Shown: piece after piece, positions 8,633 through 19,984 of the stretch
How positions within the stretch are numbered: position 1 is the stretch's first letter
Layout: every line of letters begins with the position of its first letter
Origin: Candidatus Bathyarchaeota archaeon
GTDB taxonomy: Archaea; Thermoproteota; Bathyarchaeia; Bathyarchaeales; Bathycorpusculaceae
NCBI GenBank assembly: GCA_963811105.1
Contig: CAWEPZ010000001.1
Span: 51,372-115,371, forward strand
Reading direction: 5' to 3'
DNA: 64,000 nucleotides
Notes under the pieces: generated by a model
Told to the model about the DNA's origin: nothing
What the model saw: the letters and a program-made list of their open reading frames with translations, nothing else
The model's database searches: none
Position numbers and translations under genes: made by a program

Positions 8633-9519
8633 ACTTTCTTCTCTCCAGATTTTAGATCAATGACGGTAATCTCGGGTGCGCAGTTAATACGTATCCAGAA
8701 CGCGTTTGTGCCAATGCCTCGGTTGGTGTACTGGACCATTTCCCCCACTTGATACCTTCCGAGGGGGTACTTCCTGAAACCGTCAACGCGAAAAGGAGTC
8801 CCAATCTTGGGTATCACGAATTGACCCCCGTGGGAATGCCCGGAGAGCTGGAGACTGAACCTATTGGTTTTTGCGCTGATGTCGGCGAAGTCAGGTTCAT
8901 GAGCCAGGAGAATAGCTGGTCCGTTGGGCGGCAGCTTCTGCAGGACCTCTTCCAACTGGTTCTTCTTCAAAGTGATGCCGTCGACTCCTGCAAAATGCAA
9001 CGCATATCCTTTTCGAGTAACAGTATAGACATTGTTGCTCAGCTCTATTATTTTGCTTTCTCTCAGTATCGAGCGGACCCTCTCCGCGCTGACCCAATAA
9101 TCGTGGTTGCCTAGCACTGCCACCGTCGTATCTCGCGCACGTATTTCCTTGAGCGCGTGTATGAGTTCTTCGACATTCTCTTGTGAGTAGGACACAAAAT
9201 CCCCCGTGATCGCAACGATATCTGGCTCCTGCTGGTTAATCAAACCAACTACCCCTATCAGCCTATCCAGAGAAATCCATTGCCCGTAATGTATGTCGCT
9301 GATGTGCACTATCCGGTAACCTTCGAAGGGGGTCGGAAGTGTGGGAATATTTATTTCAATTTTCACGATCTCGAAATCGCTAGGGTTAAATCTCTGGCCA
9401 AACAATCTAGAAGATCGTGACATCATTTTTTGCAAACCTCTTCGCATGCGGAAGGTCCAATCCACTCTAGCATCTTCTGTGGGCTCGCGCTTTCTCATTA
9501 TCAAAATGTCTCCAATCAA
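8629..9519 (-). CDS. Metallophosphoesterase (YkuE-like)
   Basis: SDIH, TGDF, LGNHD, LAHEPD and SGHSHGGQ motifs; overlaps the next gene by 4 bp. Confidence 0.9.
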   Translation of the reverse strand: MIGDILIMRKREPTEDARVDWTFRMRRGLQKMMSRSSRLFGQRFNPSDFEIVKIEINIPTLPTPFEGYRIVHISDIHYGQWISLDRLIGVVGLINQQEPDIVAITGDFVSYSQENVEELIHALKEIRARDTTVAVLGNHDYWVSAERVRSILRESKIIELSNNVYTVTRKGYALHFAGVDGITLKKNQLEEVLQKLPPNGPAILLAHEPDFADISAKTNRFSLQLSGHSHGGQFVIPKIGTPFRVDGFRKYPLGRYQVGEMVQYTNRGIGTNAFWIRINCAPEITVIDLKSGEKKV

Positions 9520-10044
9520 TCATCTGGGCGAATGTGAATGTTAATAGGAAAAACTAATTAATATAATTCGTTCGCACCATTTGAACTTTGTACAGGCAAT
9601 CTCGAACAATTCCGCTTTAAGCCTCACCTGAGGGAAGAGTGAAAACGATCTAAACAAGGGACAAACTATTACGTCCTATTGTTTCTTTAGAACTTTTGCT
9701 TCAACCAGCGCCTACAAAAATGTATTAAAGGACAAGAACTGTTAAGCCACCATTCATGAAAAAAATTTGTCAGGTGTTAGCGTTCTTCGCGAAAAAGGGT
9801 GTTTCGTTCACACCCATATGTGTTAAGGATTACCCGTATTAACTGAAGTCGACCACAAATTAACACTCAAATTTGCCGCGTTAAAGCTGCCTCTAAAGGA
9901 TGTAACAAACATAAGTGCTGCCTGTTTAATCTTTGATGTCAAACTAATGTTAGGTTTTTCAACCAAGCACTTAAGGAAGTGATAACATACAGCTACATTT
10001 ATTTTTTTAGTTCTTTTGAGTGGTAAAAACACAACAAAATGTAT

Positions 10045-10068
10045 TGTTGCTACTTATTTGCAATCACA
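10045..10068 (+). promoter_or_regulatory. 24-bp palindromic operator upstream of the 78-aa gene
   Basis: TGTTGCTAC-ttattt-GCAATCACA-actc-TTTAAG; 52 bp from 10120. Confidence 0.6.
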
Positions 10069-10119
10069 ACTCTTTAAGTATTTTATGAAACAAATGTTAA
10101 GTAAATTAGGTAAATTTGC

Positions 10120-10356
10120 ATGGATTTTGCTGAAGCTATAGAGTTTTCAAAGAAATTTCCCACCCGTCATCCAAAAATATTCAAAGGTTTCATTGAGTGG
10201 GGTATTTGGGATACTGAAACAGGGGATTACATAGTTCTAACTGATGCAGTTTCAGTTAAGGAATCATGTTTTAATGAGTTAGACGATTATGTTAAGAGCC
10301 ACAAATTAAGAACAGACAATGTTAAGGATTATTTGATGATTTCCACACGCTGTTAA
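10120..10356 (+). CDS. Hypothetical protein (78 aa)
   Basis: ATG-initiated ORF with operator and TATA upstream. Confidence 0.65.
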   Translation: MDFAEAIEFSKKFPTRHPKIFKGFIEWGIWDTETGDYIVLTDAVSVKESCFNELDDYVKSHKLRTDNVKDYLMISTRC

Positions 10357-10375
10357 TTTCTTGGTCTGTATCAAA

Positions 10376-10624
10376 TTAGGATTTTTGAATTGAGCGGAAA
10401 ACTGTGTGCCCGTTTTTTGTTACTGATTCTAAATTGTATTCATCAAGGATTTTGTCTAAGCATCCTTCTTCATCTGGGGAAGGAGTCCAACTAACGCCAA
10501 GAACCCAACTTTTTGTTTCTTTATTTTGTGATATGATTACCGCTTGTGCATCATAGAATGAAGCGCAATTAGCCATTATTTTTCTTAGCACTCTTATAGC
10601 GTCATATCTGTTCATATTTGACAC
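10376..10624 (-). CDS. Hypothetical protein (82 aa)
   Basis: Protein-like ORF convergent with the previous gene; TTAAG box upstream. Confidence 0.6.
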   Translation of the reverse strand: MSNMNRYDAIRVLRKIMANCASFYDAQAVIISQNKETKSWVLGVSWTPSPDEEGCLDKILDEYNLESVTKNGHTVFRSIQKS

Positions 10625-10937
10625 TCAAGGGGTAACCCGCTATTGTACGCACATTAACTTAAGCTTATGCTAAATCCGTCTTTTTCTTAACATAGAAGCT
10701 GCTAAGCAATCACCAACATGCTTAATTGGAATCTTTTCAAAAAAGAACACGGTTACCTCAACATATCCGTTCTTCTGAATACAAATCGTTTTAAATACAT
10801 TAAGCCGTAGACACGAACTATCCGCGAATAACACGTTGCAGGAGAAGGAGACTTTGCTTTTTACATATTAGTTCACCGAAAGAAGAGTAACACTTTTTAA
10901 GCAACTTTTTTATTTGCGAGATGCTCGTTAATAAAAC

Positions 10938-11165
10938 ATGGAAATCATTCTTTTTGTACTGGGGATAATTCTTATTATCATAGGTTTGCCATTTTGTTTC
11001 TCTTGTCAAATTCATATGCTTTGGGAAAATATTTCAAACCCTAAGAGAAATCAAACAAATCAACCGACAAACCAACATATAACACGCGACAGGGCTATTA
11101 GCCTATTTTTCATAATGATTGGCATTATTATAATCGTTCTTAGCTTCGCAGGTTCAGTTATGTGA
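10938..11165 (+). CDS. Small two-TM membrane protein
   Basis: Two hydrophobic segments; TTTTTAAG ~40 bp upstream. Confidence 0.6.
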   Translation: MEIILFVLGIILIIIGLPFCFSCQIHMLWENISNPKRNQTNQPTNQHITRDRAISLFFIMIGIIIIVLSFAGSVM

Positions 11166-11411
11166 AATAGAACCATCATAAATCTCTTCTTAGGCAACTT
11201 CAGAGTATTAACATATTGAATTTGAATCTCTAATATCTTGCAGGGGCAAAAATCCGCTTGGTTGCAGGGGTAAACTCTCGCTTTTTTGGGGTACAATTTG
11301 TTTTCCCATAACAGCTGTTTGAAAACTTGCCGAATTGGATTCCCTTAATAATAAGGATAGGAAAAAGCTAATAATTCCTCTGCCTCGATTTTCGGTTAAT
11401 TTATACTAATA

Positions 11412-12945
11412 TTATTTTTCTGTTTTTTTGATTTTTGCTTTTTCGTTTTTATCTTTGGTTTTGCGTTTGGGCATTCTTGGGAAAGAAGCATATAATGCTG
11501 ATGCTCTTGCACGGATAATTTTCTTGGTTTCAATCGTAACAGGAGATTTTGCAATAAGTTCATCAAGCTTCTTCTTGTTTTTTTCTATGCTTTCTGTGAA
11601 TTCTTCGCTGGATATTTCGCCCTCTGATTTCAGCTTTCTTAATTGTTCAATATGCGAAGCCATCAACTCAAATTGTTCCTCAATTATTATATCTGAAACA
11701 ATGTCAGTTTGGGGCATTCTTTTCCTAACATATCGAAACAGCAAAGGCACCTGAAGCACGATTGAGATAAATGCTACACCCAACACCATTGCGTTTATGG
11801 TTTGGATATCGCTCAGGGTAATGACGGCTGAAGTTGCTATTGTCGCCGCTAGAGCTATTGACAAGGCACCTTTAACTCCGCCAAGCATGGCTACATTATA
11901 CCATACTGCGGATATCTTGTTTCCAAATTTGTTAAAGACCCCAAGGATTGGATAAACTGTGGCAGCTCTGGCTACAGTTACGGCGGCGAATGCAGCAATA
12001 ATAAGCAGAATTGATTGTGAAAGAGTGATAATATTTGTCTGGAAGCCGATTATCAGAAAGGCTATTGTGTTGCCAAGGAATGCGGCTATAGCCCAAAAGG
12101 TCGTTACCGCTTCTCGTGAGGCGGGTTCCATGGCAGTTCGCATTGTGTAGTTGCCAAAGTATAAACCTGCAACTGCGACCGCAATTAGCCCTGAAGCGCC
12201 TATTCCATTTGCTAGAGCATATGACCCGTAAACAACTGCTATCGCTAAGATGGTTTCAGCTACTCGGTCCTCTATCAAACTTGATAGTAATTCACCTATG
12301 AATGCAACTACCAGCCCGATGAAGACACCTGCACCAAGAGTAAAGCCAAAGCTGAACAATGTTTGCGTTAAAGAGAACTCTTGAAGACTAATAGCGGAAA
12401 GAATTAAAGTAAAAATAACAATACCGGTTGCGTCGTTGAAAGCCGCTTCTGTATCAAGCAACGTTGAAAGTTCAGAGGGAACCTTTACACGTCGAAAAAC
12501 TTCTAAAACCGTAACCGTATCTGTGGGAGCAATTAACGCCGCGAAAAGAAAAGAAACATACGGAGAAAGACCAACAATCTTCCACAAAATAAGCCCTCCA
12601 ACAACAGTCGCTATCAAGACGCCAACGGTTGCCAAGGCTAACGAAGGCTTGATTACCGCTCGCAGGTCACTTGCACGAAGATGAATCATAGCCTCGAAAA
12701 TCAAAGGCGGAACCACTAATCCCACGAAAAGACCACCTACGAGAAGCTGACTGTAAAGTGATCTCAATGGAGAAGCCAGATCTAGCCCTTGTGATTCAAG
12801 CAAGAAGAGAACAACGGTTATTGTAACTCCTGCTAAGACCAAAACTAGTGTATACGGTACCTTAAGCTTGTGTGATAGGACCGCAGCTAAGAAAGCTATC
12901 AGCAGAAACGCCGCAATTACAATCTCTATACTGGGAACCGATCAT
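11412..12945 (-). CDS. Na+/H+ antiporter, CPA1 (NhaP-type); probable 1-bp frameshift near the start
   Basis: PPLIFEA, LIAPTDTV, EAAFNDATGIV, SGLIAV and GGVKGALSIALA motifs; the frame extends upstream of 12842 (VPSIEIVIAAFLL..KVPYTLVL) but the ATG at 12945 is out of frame. Confidence 0.88.
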
Positions 12946-13134
12946 CACCCGCTCTTTATCCACTCTTTTGTTAATTGGTTTTTTTATTCTTCAATGTTCT
13001 TAATCAATCTGTCTAGCAAAAACAAAAATGACTAATATTTTGTAATTTTATGCTCAATTCTAAAAACAAGTATGTCGGTTTAGAGATCGTTGAAATTCTA
13101 GTGAAAACCGGAAGGTTGGGGTCACTTTGCTCTC

Positions 13135-13444
13135 TTAATGTGCAATTCGCAAACTCTCTTTGAACCCCCGCATCTAAAACAGATACATCTTCAAACTTTT
13201 CTGCTACAATTTCGCGTATAGCTTGATAAAACGGGGGAACAACGAGAAGGAAGTACAACAAGAGCTTGGACATAAATCGCTATCAAGTACGGACAGATAC
13301 ACCAACACAGTTGTCTTCAATGAATTAGACTATGAAACAGCAAGAGCAACAACAGTTGAAGAATCAGAAAAACTCGGTTAAGAGGGCTGGATAAAATACG
13401 ACCAAATAAACGAAGTTCACTTGTACAGAAGACTAAAGCTATGA
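13135..13444 (+). pseudogene. Tyrosine recombinase/integrase C-terminal remnant
   Basis: Manual translation LKQIHLQTF/YNFAYSLIKRGNNEKEVQQELGHKSLSSTDRYT (decayed HxLR, LGH, catalytic Y); frameshift and internal stop. Confidence 0.75.
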
Positions 13445-13840
13445 AAAGTCTATTATTAGTTCAAAGAGTCTCGTTTCAAAACAATTTGACAAGTATGTGC
13501 TGAATAAGCCTATTAATTTGCATGACTGAATCATTTCTCGCCATTTTGTTAAAGAAACAAAGCCTCAATTACCCTTACCGCTTACCTGGTTAATGCCCAA
13601 TTTGACTCCTTATTTTTTTAGCGTTAAGACTTAGATTTTCTAAAGTAAAGCCAGAAACCGACCGTTGCAACACTAATTGAACTCGAAACACCTATTAGTT
13701 GTCCGGCTGTGTCACTGTCAAGGCGCGAGGCTAGAATCATTGAGACCAGGAGAAAAGCTAAAACTAAACCAAAGACTACCCATTTGCTCATTGTTTTTCT
13801 CTCCTAAAAAAATCTTAACAATTTTAGTGTAAAAGGGTTG

Positions 13841-13895
13841 TCGTCAAGCTTTCTTGACTAATTTGGACGATTTTTAGTCAAACTTTCTTGACTAA
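13841..13895. promoter_or_regulatory. Tandem pair of palindromic operators upstream of the membrane-bound ArsR regulator
   Basis: TCGTCAA-gctttc-TTGACTAA (13841) and TAGTCAA-actttc-TTGACTAA (13875), 34 bp apart. Confidence 0.7.
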
Positions 13896-13970
13896 CTATT
13901 TGGTTGAATATCGGCGTTTTTTATGTAAATCTTATAGCCTTAATCATCGTATACTTCAGCAGGGGATTGC

Positions 13971-15257
13971 ATGGCTGTCTCTGAAGAAGAAATCTACTCG
14001 ATCATGTTCACTTCACTTAAGCATCCTGTTCGTCGCAAAATTCTTCGAATGCTTGCCAATAAACCTATGACATTTATGGAGATGGTTGAACACCTTGGAG
14101 TTTCCACTTCACATTTAACTTATCATCTTGAAAGTCTTGGTGAACTGGTTTCTAAACTGGATAATGGCCAGTACAAGCTTTCCACCTTCGGCTTAGCCAC
14201 AGTAAGCGCAATGAACGGTGTAGAAGAAGCGCCACAGACAGAAACAAAGCGCCGAATAAAATTGAATTTAAAATGGAAAGCAATTTTTGGATCGCTGCTC
14301 ATTGCAGTCGTTCTTTTGGCTGGGATGTCCGCTTTTCAATTTATGTCGGTAAGTCAGTTATCTGCCAGTCAGAAGTCGCTTTCTGCTGAGAACCAGCAGT
14401 TGATGTCTTGGGGTATGGGATCTGACAAAGTGGTTGCTTTTCTCGCAAATGTTTCTCAAATCGATGTTAGAAATTACACGATAAATTTGGGTAATACTAT
14501 TACGTACCGCACTGACTTCAACATTTCTGAAGACGTTATAAAATGCTCATTAACTAGTCCAGAAAGCAATATAGATGTCAACCTACGCTTCAGAGGTACT
14601 CACTTCTCACGTTATGAACTTAATATGATTGAAAGTTCACCAATCTTTTCGCAGCCTCAACCAACCGCTGTTCTTCAAAATGCCAATTCTACGCTTATAC
14701 GGTATCAAGCATACTCAGGCGATGCATACATAACTCAAATGGTCAATTTGCTCGCCGCAGTGACCAACACTTCGAATCAAGAAATAATACAAGATGACAT
14801 GGCACTGCAAATAACTAATACAGGAGGTAACGTCGTGTTCTATTGGATGTTCCATCAAGGCGGGATTGATTTCCAAAGCAAAGGTTTGCAGATGACTTTT
14901 CAAAGCAGCACCTTAACTATAATGACCGATGGTTACTGGCTATTTACAGTCGGCAGCACCGACCTATTGATTACCCAAAACCAAGCGGTAACTATTGCCA
15001 AAAGCTACGTTGGCACTCTAACCTACACGATTGAAGGCGAACAAATAAGCAACTTCAAAGTAAAAGGTGATCCCCTGTCCACTCAGCTTGTCCCACACAC
15101 CCGCGGCAATTCAGTAGCTCTGATTCCATATTGGTACGTAGAAATGAGCTTAGATCGGATTTATGCAGGAGGCAAAAATGAAGTAGCTGTCGGAATCTAC
15201 GCAGACACAGGTCAAGTTGCAGACGTTCAATTGCTAAGCGTCAGCACAGAAACATAA
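13971..15257 (+). CDS. Membrane-anchored ArsR-type HTH regulator with large extracytoplasmic domain
   Basis: FTSLKHPVRRKILRML...STSHLTYHLESL (ArsR wHTH), one TM (AIFGSLLIAVVLLAG), ~300-aa C-terminal domain. Confidence 0.85.
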   Translation: MAVSEEEIYSIMFTSLKHPVRRKILRMLANKPMTFMEMVEHLGVSTSHLTYHLESLGELVSKLDNGQYKLSTFGLATVSAMNGVEEAPQTETKRRIKLNLKWKAIFGSLLIAVVLLAGMSAFQFMSVSQLSASQKSLSAENQQLMSWGMGSDKVVAFLANVSQIDVRNYTINLGNTITYRTDFNISEDVIKCSLTSPESNIDVNLRFRGTHFSRYELNMIESSPIFSQPQPTAVLQNANSTLIRYQAYSGDAYITQMVNLLAAVTNTSNQEIIQDDMALQITNTGGNVVFYWMFHQGGIDFQSKGLQMTFQSSTLTIMTDGYWLFTVGSTDLLITQNQAVTIAKSYVGTLTYTIEGEQISNFKVKGDPLSTQLVPHTRGNSVALIPYWYVEMSLDRIYAGGKNEVAVGIYADTGQVADVQLLSVSTET

Positions 15258-15799
15258 CACTTCAAATCTTCCCGGTCAACGAAAGTAACCAACGTCAAAC
15301 CCGAAGCTTCAAGGAAATCCATAAAAGCAGTGAGCGGAAAAAACCTCTTTAATCCAGTTACCACAACCCTTCCAGCAGGCTTAGCAACAGACATTAACTC
15401 CTTTAACGTTGCTGAAGGTTCAGGCATATTCTGAAACACCGTAAACGCAAAAACCAAATCAAAAACGCCCTCTCTAAAAGGCAAATAGTCAGCGTCAGCC
15501 TGCAAAACAAAAACATTTCCAAAAGCAGCCGCATGATGTTTAGCTTGCAGCAGTAGCTTACGTGAAATATCTAAGCCTATTATCATTTTCGCTTGGGTAG
15601 CGATTTCTCTGAAAAATAAGCCGCTTCCGCAACCAACATCTAAAACCACTTCATCGGCGACGGCAACGTTTTCCAGCGCTGCCAAGTATTTTGACTTCTG
15701 TTCTTTTGCATAGCGTCCCTCGTACATTTCCGCTGTCAAATTGTAGCGTTGCATTACTGTGCGTTTGTCTTTCCAACCTGTCAATGCCAAGTCCTTCAA
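15227..15799 (-). CDS. Class I SAM-dependent methyltransferase
   Basis: VLDVGCGSG, GLDIS, QADADYLPF..FDLV. Confidence 0.9.
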   Translation of the reverse strand: MKDLALTGWKDKRTVMQRYNLTAEMYEGRYAKEQKSKYLAALENVAVADEVVLDVGCGSGLFFREIATQAKMIIGLDISRKLLLQAKHHAAAFGNVFVLQADADYLPFREGVFDLVFAFTVFQNMPEPSATLKELMSVAKPAGRVVVTGLKRFFPLTAFMDFLEASGLTLVTFVDREDLKCYVSVLTLSN

Positions 15800-15847
15800 G
15801 AATTCTTATGTACCTAAGCTCTGACTAAAATAGTTGGCTGAAAACAA

Positions 15848-16639
15848 ATGCTGCAATCCAATAAGATCTCAGTTCTAACCCAACCAACACTTGCGGACGC
15901 CTCCACGCTAATTGAGAAAGCTTTCGCTCAAAGAAGAACTCTTATAGTTGTTGGCGCATGTCGCGTTCATTACGTTGGTAGAGCAAGTTCAAATCTTGAA
16001 AGCGGCGAGCGCGTCTTAATTATCAAATCGGATGGGTCGCTTCTTGTCCATCGTCCAGTTGGCTATGAACCTGTCAACTGGCAACCAGCAGGTAGTGTCT
16101 TCCATGTTCAAATCAAAGACGATGAGCTCGAAATTCATGGAATCCGCCAAAAGCCACGTGAAAGCGTCCGAGTAACCTTCAACAACATCTACATGGCTTC
16201 CTCACTTAACTTATCAGATTCAGGAGATTTTCTTTTACATGCAAGCGAAGATGATATGCACCGTGCCATTCTTCTTAAGCCTGAACTTCTTGAAGACGGA
16301 TTTAAGCCGATCAGCTGGGAGAAGAAAGTTGAGCCAGGCTTCGTAGACATCTACGGCGAAGACAAAAACGGCAGACTAGTTATAGTTGAAGTTAAACGCA
16401 AAACCGCTTCCAAAGAAGCTGCTCTGCAATTGGCAAAGTACATTGAACCCATTAAGGCCAAGGTGAACCGTGAGGTCCGAGCTGTGCTGGTTGCTCCTAG
16501 CCTTGGTAAAGATGTGCAGAGATTGTTGGTTACTCTTGGATTGGAGTTCAAGGCGCTAGACCCCAAAATTTGTGCTGAAGTTCTTAAGAAGACTGAAAAT
16601 TCAAAGTTAGAATTGTTCTTTAACCCTAAAGAACAATGA
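15848..16639 (+). CDS. nucS: Mismatch-specific endonuclease NucS/EndoMS
   Basis: C.V.Y.GRA.S.L..G.R.LIIK.DGS.LVH...PVNWQP; G.VDIYG.D....VIVEVKR; QL.KY. Confidence 0.95.
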   Translation: MLQSNKISVLTQPTLADASTLIEKAFAQRRTLIVVGACRVHYVGRASSNLESGERVLIIKSDGSLLVHRPVGYEPVNWQPAGSVFHVQIKDDELEIHGIRQKPRESVRVTFNNIYMASSLNLSDSGDFLLHASEDDMHRAILLKPELLEDGFKPISWEKKVEPGFVDIYGEDKNGRLVIVEVKRKTASKEAALQLAKYIEPIKAKVNREVRAVLVAPSLGKDVQRLLVTLGLEFKALDPKICAEVLKKTENSKLELFFNPKEQ

Positions 16640-16661
16640 TTTAGGGTTTCAATTATTAATA

Positions 16662-17180
16662 TTACGATTTTCCATTTGGGCGCCAAGTCATTCCGCTATA
16701 AACCAGAATTATAATGAGAGAAAGCAAAAAAGCAATTCTGATTATCGAAAACGTTTGGATTGTTGATATCAGCAGAATTGCAGCTGGAAATGGACCGATT
16801 AGGGAATAGAAAAATATGGCTGTGGCTATGCCGTAGGTTTGTTTATAGTCTTTGAGGTTGCGCTTTCCAAAATACAAAGCAGATAGCCTGCCTAAGCCAA
16901 AGGTGCATTTTTTGCAGTTGTAGCAGGGTCTCAGGCAGCCTAAAAACTTGAGTACGCCATAGACGCCGATGAGTGCAACCAATAGGAATACTACTCCAGC
17001 TGCTAAGTTGATGAGTAGGAAAGCAATGATATCGAGACTAATCCATAGCGCAAGGGCAAGGTTTCCTAATATTGTAAAGTTTTTTGGGAACTCTATGGTT
17101 TCGCTGATTTTCGTTTCCCCGTCAGGTGTTATTGTTAGCTGAGGGATAAGAAGTTTCCAGCTTGAAGTCTTAAGCGTCAA
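16662..17180 (-). CDS. Hypothetical four-TM membrane protein with Cys cluster
   Basis: Hydrophobic helices flanking GCLRPCYNCKKCTFG. Confidence 0.7.
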   Translation of the reverse strand: MTLKTSSWKLLIPQLTITPDGETKISETIEFPKNFTILGNLALALWISLDIIAFLLINLAAGVVFLLVALIGVYGVLKFLGCLRPCYNCKKCTFGLGRLSALYFGKRNLKDYKQTYGIATAIFFYSLIGPFPAAILLISTIQTFSIIRIAFLLSLIIILVYSGMTWRPNGKS

Positions 17181-17261
17181 GTTTAGAGCCCACCAAACCG
17201 AACTTGAGAGTTAAAAATTTGAGAAGGCTTAAATGAAACGTTTTTCTTCTGCCTAAACGAA

Positions 17262-17798
17262 GTGAAAAGCTTGAATTTTTGGAAGCAAATTCCTGCAGGC
17301 GATAATCCGCCGGAATTTTTGAACATGGTTATCGAAGTGAACAGTGGTTCAAGAGACAAGTTTGAGTATAAATCCGAGTGGGAAGCCTTCGTTCTAAACC
17401 GCATTATACCTTCATCAGTGGTTTTTCCAGTTGAGTACGGGTTTGTGCCTCAAACATTCTCTGAAGATGGCGACCCACTAGACATAATGGCGTTGACTTA
17501 TGAGCCGTTGGAAGTTGGTACAGTTGCTAAGGTCCGAGTAATAGGCTTGCTGGTGATGGAGGATGAGAAGGGTTTGGATAACAAGATTTTGTCGGTTCTA
17601 TTAAATGACTTGCGTTTTGAAGGTTACAATGATTTAACTGATGTTCCCGAATATCAGCTGAAAGAGATTCAAGAGTTCTTCACAACATATAAGCGGCTGG
17701 AGCCTTGCAAGTGGGCTAAAATTAAGGGCTGGAAGAAACCGGTAGAAGCTAAACAGGTTGTGTTGGCGGCGATGGAACGCTTCCAAGAACTTAAATGA
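17262..17798 (+). CDS. ppa: Inorganic pyrophosphatase (family I)
   Basis: YGFVPQT.SEDGDPLD and M.DE.G.D.K motifs. Confidence 0.95.
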   Translation: MKSLNFWKQIPAGDNPPEFLNMVIEVNSGSRDKFEYKSEWEAFVLNRIIPSSVVFPVEYGFVPQTFSEDGDPLDIMALTYEPLEVGTVAKVRVIGLLVMEDEKGLDNKILSVLLNDLRFEGYNDLTDVPEYQLKEIQEFFTTYKRLEPCKWAKIKGWKKPVEAKQVVLAAMERFQELK

Positions 17799-17845
17799 AG
17801 ATTCAAGAAATATGAAAGCCCTAAAAATTGGGCTTATTAACTAGC

Positions 17846-18409
17846 TTATTTTTTTGGTCTGTTGTCTTCTCGACAGAAGACTGCTGCTGCAACGGTTGTT
17901 GTCCATAACCCGTTTTTGTCTCCTGCTGCAGACTGAGTTATGTTGGCTGTTTTGATGATTAAACCAGTGGTTTTGAAGAGTTGTTTTCGTTCGTCCCAAG
18001 CTGTTTCTGGATCAAATTGAATGCCCATGGTTGTTGCAAGCATTGTTGCCGCCAAGTCTTCCGCGTAGTTACCTGCTGACTCATCTGTCTGTCCATAAGA
18101 ATGGTGTTCTGATAGGTAGCCGTACTGGTTTTTACCTGACGGAATTGCTACGCCGATTGATGACGCGACGAGTCTGTGAGGTTCATTGGTTGAGTTGCGA
18201 GCGATAACCACAAAAGTGATTTCGCCTGGCTGCACAAGTTTTAAGCCTTTTTCCCGTGTAAGATGCTCGCATCCAGGAGGAACGATGCTTGAAACACTGA
18301 CTAAGTTGCAAAATTGTATGCCTGCGTCTCTGAGAGCCAGTTCAAAAGATTGGAGTTGCTCTTTATGTTTGCCAACTCCCTTCGTTAGAAAGAAGTACTT
18401 CGGTATCAT
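17846..18409 (-). CDS. pdaD: Pyruvoyl-dependent arginine decarboxylase
   Basis: [20 protein letters not shown] (Ser-Ser cleavage site), GYLSEHH; start refined to MIPKY. Confidence 0.93.
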   Translation of the reverse strand: MIPKYFFLTKGVGKHKEQLQSFELALRDAGIQFCNLVSVSSIVPPGCEHLTREKGLKLVQPGEITFVVIARNSTNEPHRLVASSIGVAIPSGKNQYGYLSEHHSYGQTDESAGNYAEDLAATMLATTMGIQFDPETAWDERKQLFKTTGLIIKTANITQSAAGDKNGLWTTTVAAAVFCREDNRPKK

Positions 18410-18512
18410 TTGATTTCGGAAAACAATGATTACAGAATGCATTTATTAGGCTTTTGTTTTAAAACGTAGTATTATCGTGAAAACAGCAGAATTGGTTTAT
18501 TGAGGAATAGAT

Positions 18513-19698
18513 TTGCGGTTGCACCAAAGCGTGTTCAAAGATGAATCAAAGCTTGACATAAATTACATTCCGCAAAAGCTGCCTCACAGAGAAAAAGAAC
18601 ACCGTTTGCTAACGGAATTCTTCAGTTTTATACTGAGCTGCCCCGAAAGGATGTCTCAGAGAGTCATTATGACTGGTGACATTGGCACAGGAAAAACAGC
18701 TTTAGCCCAGCACTTTGGAGCAAACCTAACCTCAGATGCCAACAAGAGAGGCATGAAATTCCGCTATGTTCATGTTAATTGCCGTGAATATCGGGGAAGC
18801 CTAAGTCCGATTCTGCATAAAGCCTTAACTGCTTTTCGCCCAAACTATCCAATGCGTGGTTACTCTGCGGAAGAAGTCCTTACCGCACTCATGCAGATTT
18901 TAGACGAAGAAAAAGCCTCCATGATACTGGCTTTGGATGAATTTGATAGCCTAATTGAAAAAGAAGGCTCAGACGCCGTATACAAACTCACGAGACTGCA
19001 GGAAACGCGGCATGGCAAACCTCAGCGGATCTCATTTATTTTCATCATGCGTGATTTAAAAGCCCTCGAGCAATTGGATGCGAGTGCAAGAAGCACCCTT
19101 CAACGTAGCATCATAAGTCTAGAACGTTACGGCAAACAACAACTCTTTGACATCCTAAGTGACCGTGTTTCTATGGCATTCGAACTTGGAACTGTAGAAG
19201 ACGATGTTGTTGATTTGATTGCCGAACTTGCCTTTAAGGAGACTGGAAATGCCCGCTTCGGCATCGAATTGTTATGGCGTGCAGGAAAATATGCTGACGC
19301 ACAAGACTCTGAACAAGTTGCCGCTGAATGCGTACGCATAGCGATATCCAATATTATTCCAGGCGTGAAGCGAAGCGACTTGGCAAGGCTGAGTTTACAT
19401 GAGAAAATGTTTCTGCTGGCAATAGCGCGATATTTTAAGGAGAACGAGCAGGCTTACTGCTTCACTGAGCGAAGTCGAGAAAACCTACGGTGTCATCTGC
19501 GAAGAATTCGGGGAGACACCGAGCGGTCATACACAAGTGTGGAATTATGCGCAGTTTCTTTCATCGATTGGGATTTTGAAAACTGAAGTGACGTCCTCAA
19601 CTGTTCGTGGTAGGTCAACGCAAGTTTCCCTGCTTTCTATTCCAGCAATCGAATTGGAAAAAGAATTGAGCGCCAGCTTAGAAGAAGGAAGAACGTGA
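18513..19698 (+). CDS. cdc6: Orc1/Cdc6 family replication initiator (1-bp frameshift near 19458)
   Basis: YIP..LPHRE, GDIGTGKT, VHVNC, LDEFD, GNARFGIELL; the wH domain continues in another frame (ASLSEVEKTY..ICE..GHTQVW...GIL...RGRST) to the stop at 19698. Confidence 0.92.
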
Positions 19699-19704
19699 AG
19701 TTAC

Positions 19705-19981
19705 ATGGAACTTGAAGAGGTTTTTTCATCCAAACCCCGCATGAAAATTTTGAAGCTAATTTACAAGTTGGGCTCACCAAACATTTCGGATATTTCTAGA
19801 CAAATCCACGCTAACTTTACCGTAACTGCTGAACACCTTAAACTTTTGGAATCTGAGGGGATTTTGCAGGAACGATTTTACGGTAGGGTGCATATGTACA
19901 GGTTTAACGAAGCGTACAGCTAAGGCGAAAGCTGTGCAAAACCTAATAGAAGCGTGGGAACAAAGTAAACAAGGTGAATAA
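19705..19981 (+). CDS. ArsR-like HTH protein (frameshift near 19915)
   Basis: VFSSKPRMKILKL...NISDI.....HLKLLE.EGIL; tail AKAKAVQNLIEAWE in a shifted frame. Confidence 0.8.
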
Positions 19982-19984
19982 ATT

